64,000 nt of DNA, from positions 1 to 64,000 of IMG/VR virus record IMGVR_UViG_3300045988_095709, one strand, 5' to 3'. Source of the stretch: a virus. The position numbers and the translations under genes were made by a program. Shown in pieces: positions 1-9,604 of the stretch. Position 1 is the first letter of the stretch, and each line of letters opens with the position of its first letter. The notes under the pieces were generated by a model. The model searched no databases, was not told the origin of the DNA, and was given only the letters and a program-made list of their open reading frames with translations.

Positions 1-536
1 CAACGATCTATCAGATTTTCATTAGCAAAATTTTCATCGTTACAAGTAAATAATACCAATTTCTTACATACTGTTTCTATTCCATCGAGAAAACCTAAAA
101 GCTGAGAAGAATCCCAAAATCTTTCGTTTTTATCGATTTCGTCAAATATCATACAGTAATTACCAGATATTTTCTTAAAAGTATCTGATAATTTTCTAGA
201 CGGAAAGTGATTGTCTATTATAATAATTGGTAAGTCGCTCTTTTTTGCTATGATTTTAGACGTTAACGTCTTTCCAGAACCTTTCATTCCAGAAAGTAAT
301 ACTCCTGTATTATTAACATCGTCACGTTTATGCCACTGCAAAATTCTATTTATAAACGAATCATAATTATTTCCGTATATTTTATTCGGAATATTAATAT
401 TTTCGTTCATTTCAAAATAAGCAGCACCTTCCCACTCATTATATTTCAACGTATAAACTCTACCGTTTTCTAATTCATATTCCATTCCTTTTGGAGATAT
501 GAATATTTTATTTCCAGATTTTATAAAATTTTTCAT
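1..536 (-). CDS. AAA+/P-loop ATPase; C-terminal part runs off the left window edge
   Basis: ATG at 536 in an ATGA overlap with the upstream stop. My translation MKNFIKSGNK... has Walker A GMKGSGKT and Walker B MIFDEID. Frame is open to position 1. Confidence 0.6.
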   Translation of the reverse strand, partial: MKNFIKSGNKIFISPKGMEYELENGRVYTLKYNEWEGAAYFEMNENINIPNKIYGNNYDSFINRILQWHKRDDVNNTGVLLSGMKGSGKTLTSKIIAKKSDLPIIIIDNHFPSRKLSDTFKKISGNYCMIFDEIDKNERFWDSSQLLGFLDGIETVCKKLVLFTCNDENFANENLIDR

Positions 537-883
537 GATATGCTTTGTAAGTCTTTTATCATTTCGTCCACTTGCTTATGATTTCTTACCAGATAACACT
601 TCATCTTACTTCTGTGACGTTTCAAATAATATTTAAATAATTTAAAACGTAACGGAAATGATCCGTCGATAAGTCCTTTGCATTCTATTACAAAGTTTTT
701 ACCGACAAAATCTGGTAAATAAGTAATAGGACGTATTTTTTCGTTATTGTACTCGAATTTTGGTAAAAGAGTAAAATGTTTTGGCTCATATTTTGCTTTT
801 ATTCCAGCTTTCATAAGAGCTTCATAAGTATAACACTCGAGTTTGGATCTAAAATGTATGCCATACTTATCGACCTGTGTCAC
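533..883 (-). CDS. PD-(D/E)xK-type nuclease (VRR-NUC/RecB-like suspected)
   Basis: 116 aa ORF. Motif LPDF-x9-IECKG fits the D...(D/E)xK nuclease core. Lies in the replication module. Confidence 0.45.
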   Translation of the reverse strand: MTQVDKYGIHFRSKLECYTYEALMKAGIKAKYEPKHFTLLPKFEYNNEKIRPITYLPDFVGKNFVIECKGLIDGSFPLRFKLFKYYLKRHRSKMKCYLVRNHKQVDEMIKDLQSIS

Positions 884-887
884 ATTT

Positions 888-1895
888 TTAACTCTTCCTG
901 TTGACGGCTTCTATGTATTTTTTAGTTTCATATTTATTTATTGTATTTTCTAACCACAATCGTGTATTATCCATTCCGTTGTTTTTTACACAATCGGATA
1001 TGTCTTTGCTTTTAAACTTTTTGTTTATAAAGAACGCGTCTATTTTATATTTTTTAGAATATTCTCTAGCTTTCGACATTCCTGTAGCATCTCTATCGTA
1101 CAATATATAAATGTGAGACCATTTGTGTTTTAAATCTTCTAATAAATCTTCTGGTATAAATACTGTTTCACTCGAAGCACTTATTGCAAAATATCCCATC
1201 TCATATAAAACCATTACGTCCTTTAAAGATTTCGTAATTATGAGAATATGTCCTCCTTTTGGAGGCAGTTCAGCAAGACCTTGTATGTCGTTAATTTTTA
1301 AATTAGTCCTCCATTTTTTTAATTTTGTTTCATAAGGTCTATATATTTTAAAGTGATTAAACACTTTATACGCATACATCGGACTTGATTTTGAATAACG
1401 AGCACGTAATGTACCGTTACACAAAAAATATTTTATACTAAACACATTAAATTTCTTTAACGTATCTATTGTTATACCATATTGAGACCAATATTGTTTA
1501 TCAATATCAGTAAATGGTTGGCGTGCTATTTGTATTTCAGTATCGTGAGATTTTATTTCAAAATTTCTTTTTACCGGAATATTATTAGGATTCGTACGCT
1601 TTATTATCTTTAGTAATTCTGATTCTAATTGATCTTTTGTGTTTAATCTGTTTATCAGTTTTACAAATTTTAAAGCGTTTCCACTTTCACCGTTTCCGTG
1701 ATCTTTAAACAATAAGTCTCCATTTTTTCCTTTGAATATAGCAAAAGATGGATTCTTATCGTTAGATCTTAAAGGACTGTTATATAATTTATTTACTTGA
1801 AAATTTCCTATATAATAAGAATACATAGTATAATCATCTAGTAAATCTAACAATCCTTTTAGATTTTCTTTTTGTGCTAACTTGGTACTATACAT
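888..1895 (-). CDS. DNA primase-like protein (TOPRIM/DnaG-like C-terminal half)
   Basis: 335 aa. ILIITKSLKDV...YILYDRDATG resembles the TOPRIM DxD block. Neighbours are SSB, helicase and polymerase. Confidence 0.5.
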   Translation of the reverse strand: MYSTKLAQKENLKGLLDLLDDYTMYSYYIGNFQVNKLYNSPLRSNDKNPSFAIFKGKNGDLLFKDHGNGESGNALKFVKLINRLNTKDQLESELLKIIKRTNPNNIPVKRNFEIKSHDTEIQIARQPFTDIDKQYWSQYGITIDTLKKFNVFSIKYFLCNGTLRARYSKSSPMYAYKVFNHFKIYRPYETKLKKWRTNLKINDIQGLAELPPKGGHILIITKSLKDVMVLYEMGYFAISASSETVFIPEDLLEDLKHKWSHIYILYDRDATGMSKAREYSKKYKIDAFFINKKFKSKDISDCVKNNGMDNTRLWLENTINKYETKKYIEAVNRKS

Positions 1896-1910
1896 GATTC
1901 TAAGATTCTT
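1894..1910. repeat. Copy A of 15-nt motif TGATTCTAAGATTCT
   Basis: Same 15-mer as at 17438, 17527 and 17611. On the minus strand it reads AGAATCTTAGAATC and directly abuts the primase ATG. Confidence 0.7.
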
Positions 1911-1919
1911 ATATAATTG

Positions 1920-2006
1920 TGTAGTATGGGAGATTCGAACTCCTGGGTTAATGAAACCCTTCCGAAATAATAGTGAGTCTACTCATTAATGTAGTTCGCA
2001 TACAAC
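1920..2006 (-). ncRNA. tRNA-like element (T-arm, long variable-type hairpin, 6/7-bp acceptor; no canonical D or anticodon arm found)
   Basis: Minus-strand GGAGTTCGAATCTCC T-arm. GGGTT-TCATT-AACCC hairpin just upstream. GTTGTAT pairs with ATACTAC with one mismatch. I could not fold the body as a standard tRNA. Confidence 0.35.
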
Positions 2007-2167
2007 TATTTCTTACCACATAAATTCTCATATCTCTGCAACTAAGATTATAAATTTTAATTGACTTACGAGATATGAGAACAGATTAATATTTCAACAT
2101 ATGAAAGATATAATAAAAATGAAAAAGTCAGTAATTTTTAATTACTGACCTTTACAAAAGTTAATCG

Positions 2168-2758
2168 TTAAAACGGTAAATCTTCGTCTCCGGCAGGTTC
2201 TTTTGTATCATTTATTTTTGGCAATTCTACAACTTCTTCCTTGTCGACTTTTATTTCAGGTTTTACAACCGTATCTCTACCAGTAATAACAATTTTTGAA
2301 TCTTCCTGTTTTACATCCATCGGTTCGATAAACTTTCCGTTAGATGATACCTTGATAAATCCGTTTTTATCGTATACTACTTTTAATCGTAACAACTTTT
2401 GCGCATTTATCTTTGGTGAGAGAGTGTCTTTAACCCATTTTATCATTGAGCTAAAGTCGTTAAGTTCAACGTCACCTACAGGTTCATCACATATCGCGTT
2501 TATAACCTGTAATATTCTTCCAAACTGTAGATTATCTCGATATTGCAAATCCTCATCGGTTTTGACCCATGCGGATTTTTTATTTTGCCACTCTGTCATA
2601 GGAGCGGTATTTCCATCTTTTTGAAATATTATCTCTAAATAATCTATACCGTTTGGTGTAGTTTTTACATTTACTTCTTTTAACGTAACATTGTTGTTAA
2701 TTCCCGCCGGAAGATAATTGTTATCCGAACTAAATACTGCAGTCTTAGTACTATACAT
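2168..2758 (-). CDS. ssb: Single-stranded DNA-binding protein (SSB-like)
   Basis: 196 aa. Acidic C-terminal tip ...GDEDLPF resembles the bacterial SSB tip DDDIPF. Adjacent to a Sak4-like ATPase. Confidence 0.5.
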   Translation of the reverse strand: MYSTKTAVFSSDNNYLPAGINNNVTLKEVNVKTTPNGIDYLEIIFQKDGNTAPMTEWQNKKSAWVKTDEDLQYRDNLQFGRILQVINAICDEPVGDVELNDFSSMIKWVKDTLSPKINAQKLLRLKVVYDKNGFIKVSSNGKFIEPMDVKQEDSKIVITGRDTVVKPEIKVDKEEVVELPKINDTKEPAGDEDLPF

Positions 2759-2760
2759 AA

Positions 2761-3501
2761 TTAATCGTTTTTATAAATTTTATTCCAATAAGTTGTTAAT
2801 GTTCCATCTTCATTTCCAGTAGCAATAATAATATCGTTACCTCTAAGATGTGGGGCTCTGGCTTCTTTTATTGTACCATCACCACCTTTAAAGCTAATAT
2901 GTGTTTCGTTTCCCTTTCGATAAACAAATCCTACTGCATCTGCTTCTCCACAGATTATAGAACTTAATTTACCAACAAGATCTAACGCCATCTGGCTGAG
3001 CTCTTCTCCGTTTTGTTCTATTTGAACGTCTTTGACATGTCCTACCAATATGAATTCATCACATAAGCATCTGAACATATCAATTACTTTTCTAACAGCT
3101 TCACGAAGATACATATAACCACTTCCGTTGGGCAATGTACGTATATCATCACCGTCGTATTTTTTACCCATCGGTGTTTGTTTATACAGTGTTTTAGCGT
3201 AAGATAAACAAATCTCTTCTAGTCTAGTAGCATTGTCTATAGTAATGTGCTTATAGACATTATGTCCTACTTTTTCATTCTCAGCTCTAATGGCTTGAGC
3301 AATTTCTCCTAATTCTTTTATCGTTCTTGCTTGTACAGCCATCGCATCGATAAATTGTGATCCACCTTCCAAATCGATTATTAGATTGTTTTCTAACATC
3401 GATAATGCGTGAGTCTTTCCCGACTTAGGACGTCCGTATATAATCAAGAATTTTGGATTTACAGAAATTGCTGGAATTTTTTGTGTAGGTAATATTAACA
3501 T
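2761..3501 (-). CDS. RecA-fold P-loop ATPase (Sak4/AAA_24-like)
   Basis: 246 aa. Walker A YGRPKSGKT near the N-terminus and a hydrophobic-D Walker B (ITIDN). Confidence 0.5.
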   Translation of the reverse strand: MLILPTQKIPAISVNPKFLIIYGRPKSGKTHALSMLENNLIIDLEGGSQFIDAMAVQARTIKELGEIAQAIRAENEKVGHNVYKHITIDNATRLEEICLSYAKTLYKQTPMGKKYDGDDIRTLPNGSGYMYLREAVRKVIDMFRCLCDEFILVGHVKDVQIEQNGEELSQMALDLVGKLSSIICGEADAVGFVYRKGNETHISFKGGDGTIKEARAPHLRGNDIIIATGNEDGTLTTYWNKIYKND

Positions 3502-3953
3502 GTGTGTTTCTTTATGTAAATATAGATTTCCGTTATTTTATTTCGCTGTTCCTTACTGAGCTTATTGTACAAAGCTAATGTAAAGTTGTTAAGAGGAATG
3601 ATATCGTAACCAATCTGAATCTCATCCGAGAACAACTTAACTGGAGTTCCGTCAGAAAGTAAGAAATCATAATCATCTTCGATGATATTGTTCTTGTTGT
3701 TTAAGAACATATTTATATACTTCTTAAACGCACCAGAACGAATATTGATATCGAGCTTTTTATTTTTGGGTATAGTAATATCAATATTGATCTCTCGATT
3801 CTTCAAAGAATTTGTTGTATCATTCTCGAACAAATAAGGATTGTTCTTCTTTATATTGCTAAGTATAATGTCGTCAATAATCTTAGAACAGTTTGTATAC
3901 TCATTAAGTGTGTTGTTTGTACTTTTCGGAAATGTAAATGTATACTTTTTCAT
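3495..3953 (-). CDS. Hypothetical protein
   Basis: 152 aa ORF, tightly packed in the minus-strand operon. Confidence 0.6.
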   Translation of the reverse strand: MKKYTFTFPKSTNNTLNEYTNCSKIIDDIILSNIKKNNPYLFENDTTNSLKNREINIDITIPKNKKLDINIRSGAFKKYINMFLNNKNNIIEDDYDFLLSDGTPVKLFSDEIQIGYDIIPLNNFTLALYNKLSKEQRNKITEIYIYIKKHTC

Positions 3954-3972
3954 AATTTCAGCCTTTTTTAGT

Positions 3973-4902
3973 TCAGACTTCTATTAGGTTATTGTACATT
4001 AGATCGTTTTCAAATTCTAAAATACAAGGTTTTCCAGCGTCTCGGTTTTTCAATATGTGTATGAATACTTTGTTTTCTGTAAGTAAACCGTTTGGACCAT
4101 ATTCGTATATACCTAATATTTCAGGTCTATGAATTACTAATACGTAATCACTAGCCTGAAAAATTGAGTCTGAAGATGATAAATCACTTCGCATCGGATA
4201 GTGCGTTAATGAATTGTTTATTCTTTCCGGAGATTCGATATTACGATTCATCTGTGTTATCTGTATTACAGAAGTTAACGGTAATTTCTTAACTTGAATG
4301 AATACTTCTTGTAAAGAACTTAACGTTTCTAACACGGTGCCTGTTCTTTTTGTTAACAGACTATGATCGTATATGATAACAAAATGTTTATTTTTTCCTT
4401 TTACATAGTTATCATAAAACCACATTATAGTATTATATACTTCGTCAGGATTACCAGGATTATCAACAAAATATATTGGATATCTTGATAATTGGTCGGA
4501 AACTTTGATGATTTCGTTGTATGTTTCATCATCCAGGTCCTTTTCAGAACTATACAGATAAGAAGTCGTTTTTCTTAATTTGTTAGATAACGTTCTTCCG
4601 ATCTGCCTAAATCCGACCATTTCTAAAGAGAAGTTTAATATTATAATATTTTCTTCCGGATTTAAATCGATCAAATCGGTTTGGATTAAGTTAGCTACGC
4701 TACTTTTTCCGCTTCCAGAAATACCAGCTATTGTATATACACAATTGGGTTCTATTCCACCCATACAACATTTATTTAATTTCTTCCATCTAGTAGCCAA
4801 AGAAATTATTGTTTTATTTTTTCTTTCCGTGATATAATTTACGGCTTCTTTGGTTACTACTGAAATACTTCTTATTGGTAAATTAGAGCAATTCTGTACC
4901 AT
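3973..4902 (-). CDS. DnaB-like replicative helicase (RecA-type domain)
   Basis: 309 aa. Walker A GISGSGKS, Walker B VIIYDHS, QMNR motif. Confidence 0.65.
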   Translation of the reverse strand: MVQNCSNLPIRSISVVTKEAVNYITERKNKTIISLATRWKKLNKCCMGGIEPNCVYTIAGISGSGKSSVANLIQTDLIDLNPEENIIILNFSLEMVGFRQIGRTLSNKLRKTTSYLYSSEKDLDDETYNEIIKVSDQLSRYPIYFVDNPGNPDEVYNTIMWFYDNYVKGKNKHFVIIYDHSLLTKRTGTVLETLSSLQEVFIQVKKLPLTSVIQITQMNRNIESPERINNSLTHYPMRSDLSSSDSIFQASDYVLVIHRPEILGIYEYGPNGLLTENKVFIHILKNRDAGKPCILEFENDLMYNNLIEV

Positions 4903-5455
4903 AAGCTTTTGTTGTATTTTGTGTTATACTTGCTTCCATTTCTTCCTCAGTTTCTTCCCATTGATGGTCTTGTAACCATCTATACATAGTTTTCATATAA
5001 CACATATTTCCTGTTTTCATCTTTTTTTCTATTTCGAATTTTAAACAGTCATTTATATGTTCTGCAACATATACACTGTTGCCGACAAACATGTTATATA
5101 ATTTTCTACATTTATTTACATTACTACGTAAAAACGATTTTGTTCCGTCTTTTCGTATTACGTAAATTGGGTACATATCATAGAATAAATTAAAATAATC
5201 TTTTGGTGGTTTCAATAAATTAATTAATTTATCTGTTGGTTGATATATTATTGAATCACTTCTCTCTATCGAAGTGACTAGTCCCTGAGAGATTAAGTAT
5301 GATATAGTGTCGCTATTAATGAGGCTGAACACATTATAGACGTCTTGAGTATACTTTTTTTGATTCTTATCCAATACCATACTAAGGAAGACTAATCCGT
5401 TAAGATCGATATTTTTTACTGCTTTTAGCAAGTTTGTGTCTAACTGTATTATCAT
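4883..5455 (-). CDS. Hypothetical protein (between polymerase and helicase)
   Basis: 190 aa ORF overlapping the helicase start. Confidence 0.6.
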   Translation of the reverse strand: MIIQLDTNLLKAVKNIDLNGLVFLSMVLDKNQKKYTQDVYNVFSLINSDTISYLISQGLVTSIERSDSIIYQPTDKLINLLKPPKDYFNLFYDMYPIYVIRKDGTKSFLRSNVNKCRKLYNMFVGNSVYVAEHINDCLKFEIEKKMKTGNMCYMKTMYRWLQDHQWEETEEEMEASITQNTTKAYGTELL

Positions 5456-5467
5456 GTTATTCGAAGA

Positions 5468-7372
5468 TTATTTAAATAATTCTAGTTGAACACATTTTAA
5501 TTCGTTTATTATTTTTCGAGCTTCACTCAAATAATAAGCGTAATTTATATTTTTGTTTTTACAACTTTTGTCTACTTTTTCATCAAATTTATTAACAATG
5601 GTTACTGCTGATTTTTTCAGCATGTTCGTATATTTATCCGTTTCCGGATCATATTTGTACAAAAAATAACCATCGTTAGATGCGTAGTACCTATTTATTC
5701 TCTGTATGAATTTGTCATTATATTCAACTTTGAATTTTTTATCGACTCTTTGTGTCATTAAAAAATCTAATATATTATCAGATTCTTTAATTGTCTTTTC
5801 GATAGGTACGTTGTTAATAAAATAGTTTATAACAGCTTTCGGTATTATGACAGGAGCTAATCCTTTTCCTAATACGTTTTCTGTTATAAACCATCCTTTT
5901 CTTTGAATCAGCTTTGGATCTCTGGATTGAGAGAATCCGTTAACGACACCAAAATAATCGTTAACTGCGAGCTGATAAAAACGCTCATAGCGGTCCGCTT
6001 CAAATTCGAGTTTCGTAATGTTTTCAAGTTTGGATATCGATTCCATTATATCCTTTTCAGCATGACACTTTGCTACAAACATTACTCCATCTGTGTTTAC
6101 TTGTACAATCCTACAAGAATGCTCTAGTAGTATGTCTACGAGCATCAAAAGAATTAATTGCCCGTTTATTCTTATTTTAAACACACTTAGTGGGTCATAC
6201 ATCCACGAAGTCTCTTGTTGCATTTTTCCTGTAACAGAATTTAAAAGTAGCTTTAACGCTTTATCTTTTATTTTCTGCCCGCTATGCTTGGCGTCTAATC
6301 GTTCATGATATATGGATTCATAAACGCCAAGTCCATTTTTACCTAGGTGCCTAGGAAACCACCCGTAGCGCACTATAAAACTTGGATACATAGAAGCGGC
6401 ATCAACATGACCTATGTATTCATCGTTTCTAGGAACGAATATCTCCGGAGTATTAATAGAATGTATTCCACCAACACCCACGGAAAACGTTGTACCGGAG
6501 ATGATAAACATCTTCTCGTAACCTTTGCGTTCTCTTGAGTATACCACTTGTTTTTTCATGTCCTCAAGAACTTCTTGCAATTTTGGATTTTTATATTTTA
6601 TAAACGGCAATATGACATCTTTCAATGGAATATAGTCCATCGGTGAACGCATCTGTTCTAGTTGTTTTTTATTTATGCGCATTTGCTCACAAATCTTTTT
6701 AGCTAGAATTGTTTCTCCGAACTTTACACTATCCATCGAAAGAGCATTTATGCCGTATTCTTTCTCTATAAACAAACGTAATTCTATTTCACCTTTATTA
6801 TCGAGTATTTTTAATAATTTTTCAGTGGAATTTACGTCATTTATATTGTATTCGATTACTTTATCTACGTCTTTTCCTATTACGCACTTGTCAAATCCTT
6901 TTTCGTATTCTAATACGTTATCATAATGCATTGTTACTTGCATTTCTTTTAAACCTACCCTCAACTTACTACTAAACATCATAGTAAGTAAATCCATAGA
7001 TTCAAAATAGTTTGCATATTTATACTTGTTTAGTTTTTTAGCTTCATGTTCTTCTTCTTCAGAACTAATTATATATTTTGATAGATTAAACAATGACAAA
7101 TTAGATACATCTGGCTCTTTTTGTAGTAATGTATCTATGTGATATATTATATAGTTTATAATAACATCATCATAATGTTTATTGTTATATCCACAAAATA
7201 AATAATTTGGATCTGTAAAGAAATCCACTAACGCTTTCAATTCATTATCATAACGCATAGAGAGTCTAAATATCTTAAACTCTTGCGTTTCAGTATTTTT
7301 ACAAGTACAACAAAACAAATTAGGAAAGATTTCAATATCGTATACTACTACTTGTTTGTTGTGTATAACCAT
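5468..7372 (-). CDS. Family B DNA polymerase
   Basis: 634 aa. Exo motifs YDIE, NNKHYDD, YNINDV. Pol motif A DAASMYPS, motif B KLLLNSVTGK, motif C VNTDG. Confidence 0.8.
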   Translation of the reverse strand: MVIHNKQVVVYDIEIFPNLFCCTCKNTETQEFKIFRLSMRYDNELKALVDFFTDPNYLFCGYNNKHYDDVIINYIIYHIDTLLQKEPDVSNLSLFNLSKYIISSEEEEHEAKKLNKYKYANYFESMDLLTMMFSSKLRVGLKEMQVTMHYDNVLEYEKGFDKCVIGKDVDKVIEYNINDVNSTEKLLKILDNKGEIELRLFIEKEYGINALSMDSVKFGETILAKKICEQMRINKKQLEQMRSPMDYIPLKDVILPFIKYKNPKLQEVLEDMKKQVVYSRERKGYEKMFIISGTTFSVGVGGIHSINTPEIFVPRNDEYIGHVDAASMYPSFIVRYGWFPRHLGKNGLGVYESIYHERLDAKHSGQKIKDKALKLLLNSVTGKMQQETSWMYDPLSVFKIRINGQLILLMLVDILLEHSCRIVQVNTDGVMFVAKCHAEKDIMESISKLENITKLEFEADRYERFYQLAVNDYFGVVNGFSQSRDPKLIQRKGWFITENVLGKGLAPVIIPKAVINYFINNVPIEKTIKESDNILDFLMTQRVDKKFKVEYNDKFIQRINRYYASNDGYFLYKYDPETDKYTNMLKKSAVTIVNKFDEKVDKSCKNKNINYAYYLSEARKIINELKCVQLELFK

Positions 7373-7394
7373 AATTCAAAGATTTTCGGTTTAG

Positions 7395-7478
7395 TACCTC
7401 GAGCGGGAGTCGAACCCGCACGAACATATGTTCATTGGATTTTAAGTCCAATACGTCTACCAATTTCGTCATCGAGGC
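7395..7478 (-). tRNA. tRNA-Leu(UAA), type II
   Basis: Hand fold: acceptor GCCTCGA/TCGAGGT; anticodon stem TTGGA/TCCAA with loop CTTAAAA; variable arm GAACA-TA-TGTTC; T-arm GCGGG-TTCGACT-CCCGC. Confidence 0.85.
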
Positions 7479-7499
7479 TTATAATAAGTATCTTACTTT

Positions 7500-7880
7500 C
7501 CTAATACATTTTCAGAATGTTAATAAATTAACAGGCTGTTGGATTTTCACCATTTAATATTAGGTTCCATCAATCAAGTCCTTTGATTACCCATAAAATC
7601 TCATTTAACAGTGCTCTATATCAAGATTTTCCCTCCTCAGATACTTATTATTATTTTTTTCGCAGGCTCTACACTTTCGTACGAATACCCACTTGTCTGT
7701 CCTAACGTCGCAGAGACCAATTTACGGCATTCGTAACCCATGGTATGCTTAGGGCTGTCGTCTTTTAGACAGATTGAATACTAATTGTTATTCCGTAAGA
7801 GCGTTATTTTCTCTATTACGCGAGATCACGAGGGTCCCGCGGGGACTCCCACTCTATTTAATCAATGTTACGAAATAATA
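7500..7880 (-). ncRNA. Candidate structured non-coding RNA (function unknown)
   Basis: About 400 nt with no ORF of 60 aa or more on the gene strand. The 7655-7860 part looks GC-enriched by eye. Hairpins seen: TTACG/CGTAA 7721-7735, CTGTC/GACAG 7754-7772, CGTAAGAG/CTCT-TTACG about 7794-7830, GTCCC-GCG-GGGAC about 7833-7847. Strand assumed from neighbours. Confidence 0.3.
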
Positions 7881-7897
7881 TGTTATGTAATGTCATG

Positions 7898-8707
7898 TTA
7901 AACCCACAACATTACTTTGTTTTCTCGCATGATTTTTAAACAAATTAGATTTGTTTTATATCGTTCTTTAAATTTGTCTCGCAAATCTATTATTTTTTGC
8001 ACAAACGATTTGTATTTTTTATTTGTTGTTGTGCTGTTTTTTACAAGGATGTCGTAGAAAGATGAGCGATTTGCAAGTATTCCCATCTTATCCTTTATTG
8101 TTCCGATGCAATGTTCGACGATTTCATCAGATTTTTCTTTATAACGACGTACTATTATTTTATAATTATAATACGTCTTGTTGATACTGTTTCGTACCTT
8201 AAATTCTGCTTTTTCTCTTAAATCAAGATATGCAGATATTATTGTTCGCGGGAAGAAGTCAGAACGCAATTGTTCAAACGATGGTTTTGGATTCTTTTTA
8301 TCCCATTTTGCCATCTTATGTTCTTCTAAACGATGCAATCGTTCAGCCGGATGCATCTTAAACGCATCAATTTTGTTCTTATTTATGATTTTTAACTCTT
8401 TTTTTGTCAAAATACCAGGAATTTTTACTTTTGTTTTTTGCGTATTTGCAGATATTCCTGTGTAATCCGGCACGATCTTGTTCTCTTTCAGCTTTTCTTT
8501 TATGAATTCTTTTATTTTTTCTTCACTTTTGTGATATTTTTTCAAGTAATTTATACTGTATTTATCGTATATCTCGTTTAGATTTAAACGATAAATATCA
8601 ATCGCCAGATCTTTTGCGCGATTTGTTGTTAAAAACTTGTTTAACTTAGAGTTAACTTCTTCTGTCTTATATATCTTGTTTATCTTGTTATTCTTTATCT
8701 TTTCCAT
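7898..8707 (-). CDS. Hypothetical protein (Lys-rich)
   Basis: 269 aa ORF, TAA stop. Confidence 0.65.
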   Translation of the reverse strand: MEKIKNNKINKIYKTEEVNSKLNKFLTTNRAKDLAIDIYRLNLNEIYDKYSINYLKKYHKSEEKIKEFIKEKLKENKIVPDYTGISANTQKTKVKIPGILTKKELKIINKNKIDAFKMHPAERLHRLEEHKMAKWDKKNPKPSFEQLRSDFFPRTIISAYLDLREKAEFKVRNSINKTYYNYKIIVRRYKEKSDEIVEHCIGTIKDKMGILANRSSFYDILVKNSTTTNKKYKSFVQKIIDLRDKFKERYKTNLICLKIMRENKVMLWV

Positions 8708-8744
8708 ATTGATTATGTTTTATAAGGTTTCACATTATTTTTTG

Positions 8745-8800
8745 TTATTATAGCAGGACTCGAACCTGCGACTATTATGTCTGCCCTTACACATATAATA
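8745..8800 (-). ncRNA. Truncated tRNA-like element (acceptor, one hairpin, T-arm; 56 nt)
   Basis: Minus strand: TATTATA ... GCAGG-TTCGAGT-CCTGC TATAATA A. Only 24 nt lie between the acceptor and the T-arm. Confidence 0.35.
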
Positions 8801-8811
8801 TGTATATATTT

Positions 8812-9411
8812 TTACGCTGCGATTAACGTCTTTATGTCGTTATCTTCTTCTATCTCGAGCGTTGTCTCATCGTTAAACTTCTGAATTTCAGAATCTAACT
8901 TGTTTATCTCGAGCTGTAACTTTTTCTTTATAGAAGTAATCTTTGCAGCTGTAAATGTTTCTATCTTGCTGTTTGCTTTTCCGAGTTTAGACTTTGTCGC
9001 AGGATTCAAAGTACTATGCTTTAGTATATCGTCCCACTTTACATACAACTCTTTTTGTTCGCACGCCTTGTATATTGTGTAATAATGAGTTTTCTTAGCC
9101 TCCTCGAAATTGAACGTTTTTATTCCGTTGTTTATAGCATTTAGCATCAGCTTTACTTTTATCAGTTTATCTGACAATTGAGTAATCTGATTGTATAAAA
9201 CAAAGAGATCAAATCCAGATCCCATTCCGGCTTTCTTTGCCTTCTTTGTCATTACGTTTTCAGACTTTATTATCTTCCAATACTTAGACTTTGTCTTACA
9301 TATGTTATCACGTAACTGTATAATGTCTTTTGAATTCATTGATATCTTTCCCATAACTTTTGATTTTTTTAAAATAGTTAAACATAGAAATAAAAATGAA
9401 TTTGAAAACAT
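8812..9411 (-). CDS. Hypothetical protein (start may be the internal ATG at 9354)
   Basis: 199 aa ORF, coiled-coil-like Lys/Glu-rich sequence. Confidence 0.55.
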   Translation of the reverse strand: MFSNSFLFLCLTILKKSKVMGKISMNSKDIIQLRDNICKTKSKYWKIIKSENVMTKKAKKAGMGSGFDLFVLYNQITQLSDKLIKVKLMLNAINNGIKTFNFEEAKKTHYYTIYKACEQKELYVKWDDILKHSTLNPATKSKLGKANSKIETFTAAKITSIKKKLQLEINKLDSEIQKFNDETTLEIEEDNDIKTLIAA

Positions 9412-9429
9412 TACGATTTACTTACAGAG

Positions 9430-9498
9430 TGGTCCATAGGGGGATCGAACCCCTCTTCAGAGATAAAAATCTCCTATCCTACCTACTAAGAATGGACC
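9430..9498 (-). tRNA. Atypical tRNA-like gene (69 nt) with a non-7-nt anticodon loop
   Basis: Perfect acceptor GGTCCAT/ATGGACC and T-arm AGGGG-TTCGATC-CCCCT. The central arm GGAG(A)-TTTTTA-(T)CTCT gives a 6- or 8-nt loop. D-arm is weak. Confidence 0.45.
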
Positions 9499-9604
9499 AA
9501 AAAATTAGGCTCTGTGCTCCAGGGCCTAATTTGAATGTATTTTGGTAAAAAATTAAAAAAGTTCTAGAAAAGCCTTTTTCTACGAAGATTTTAATTTTTT
9601 AAGA

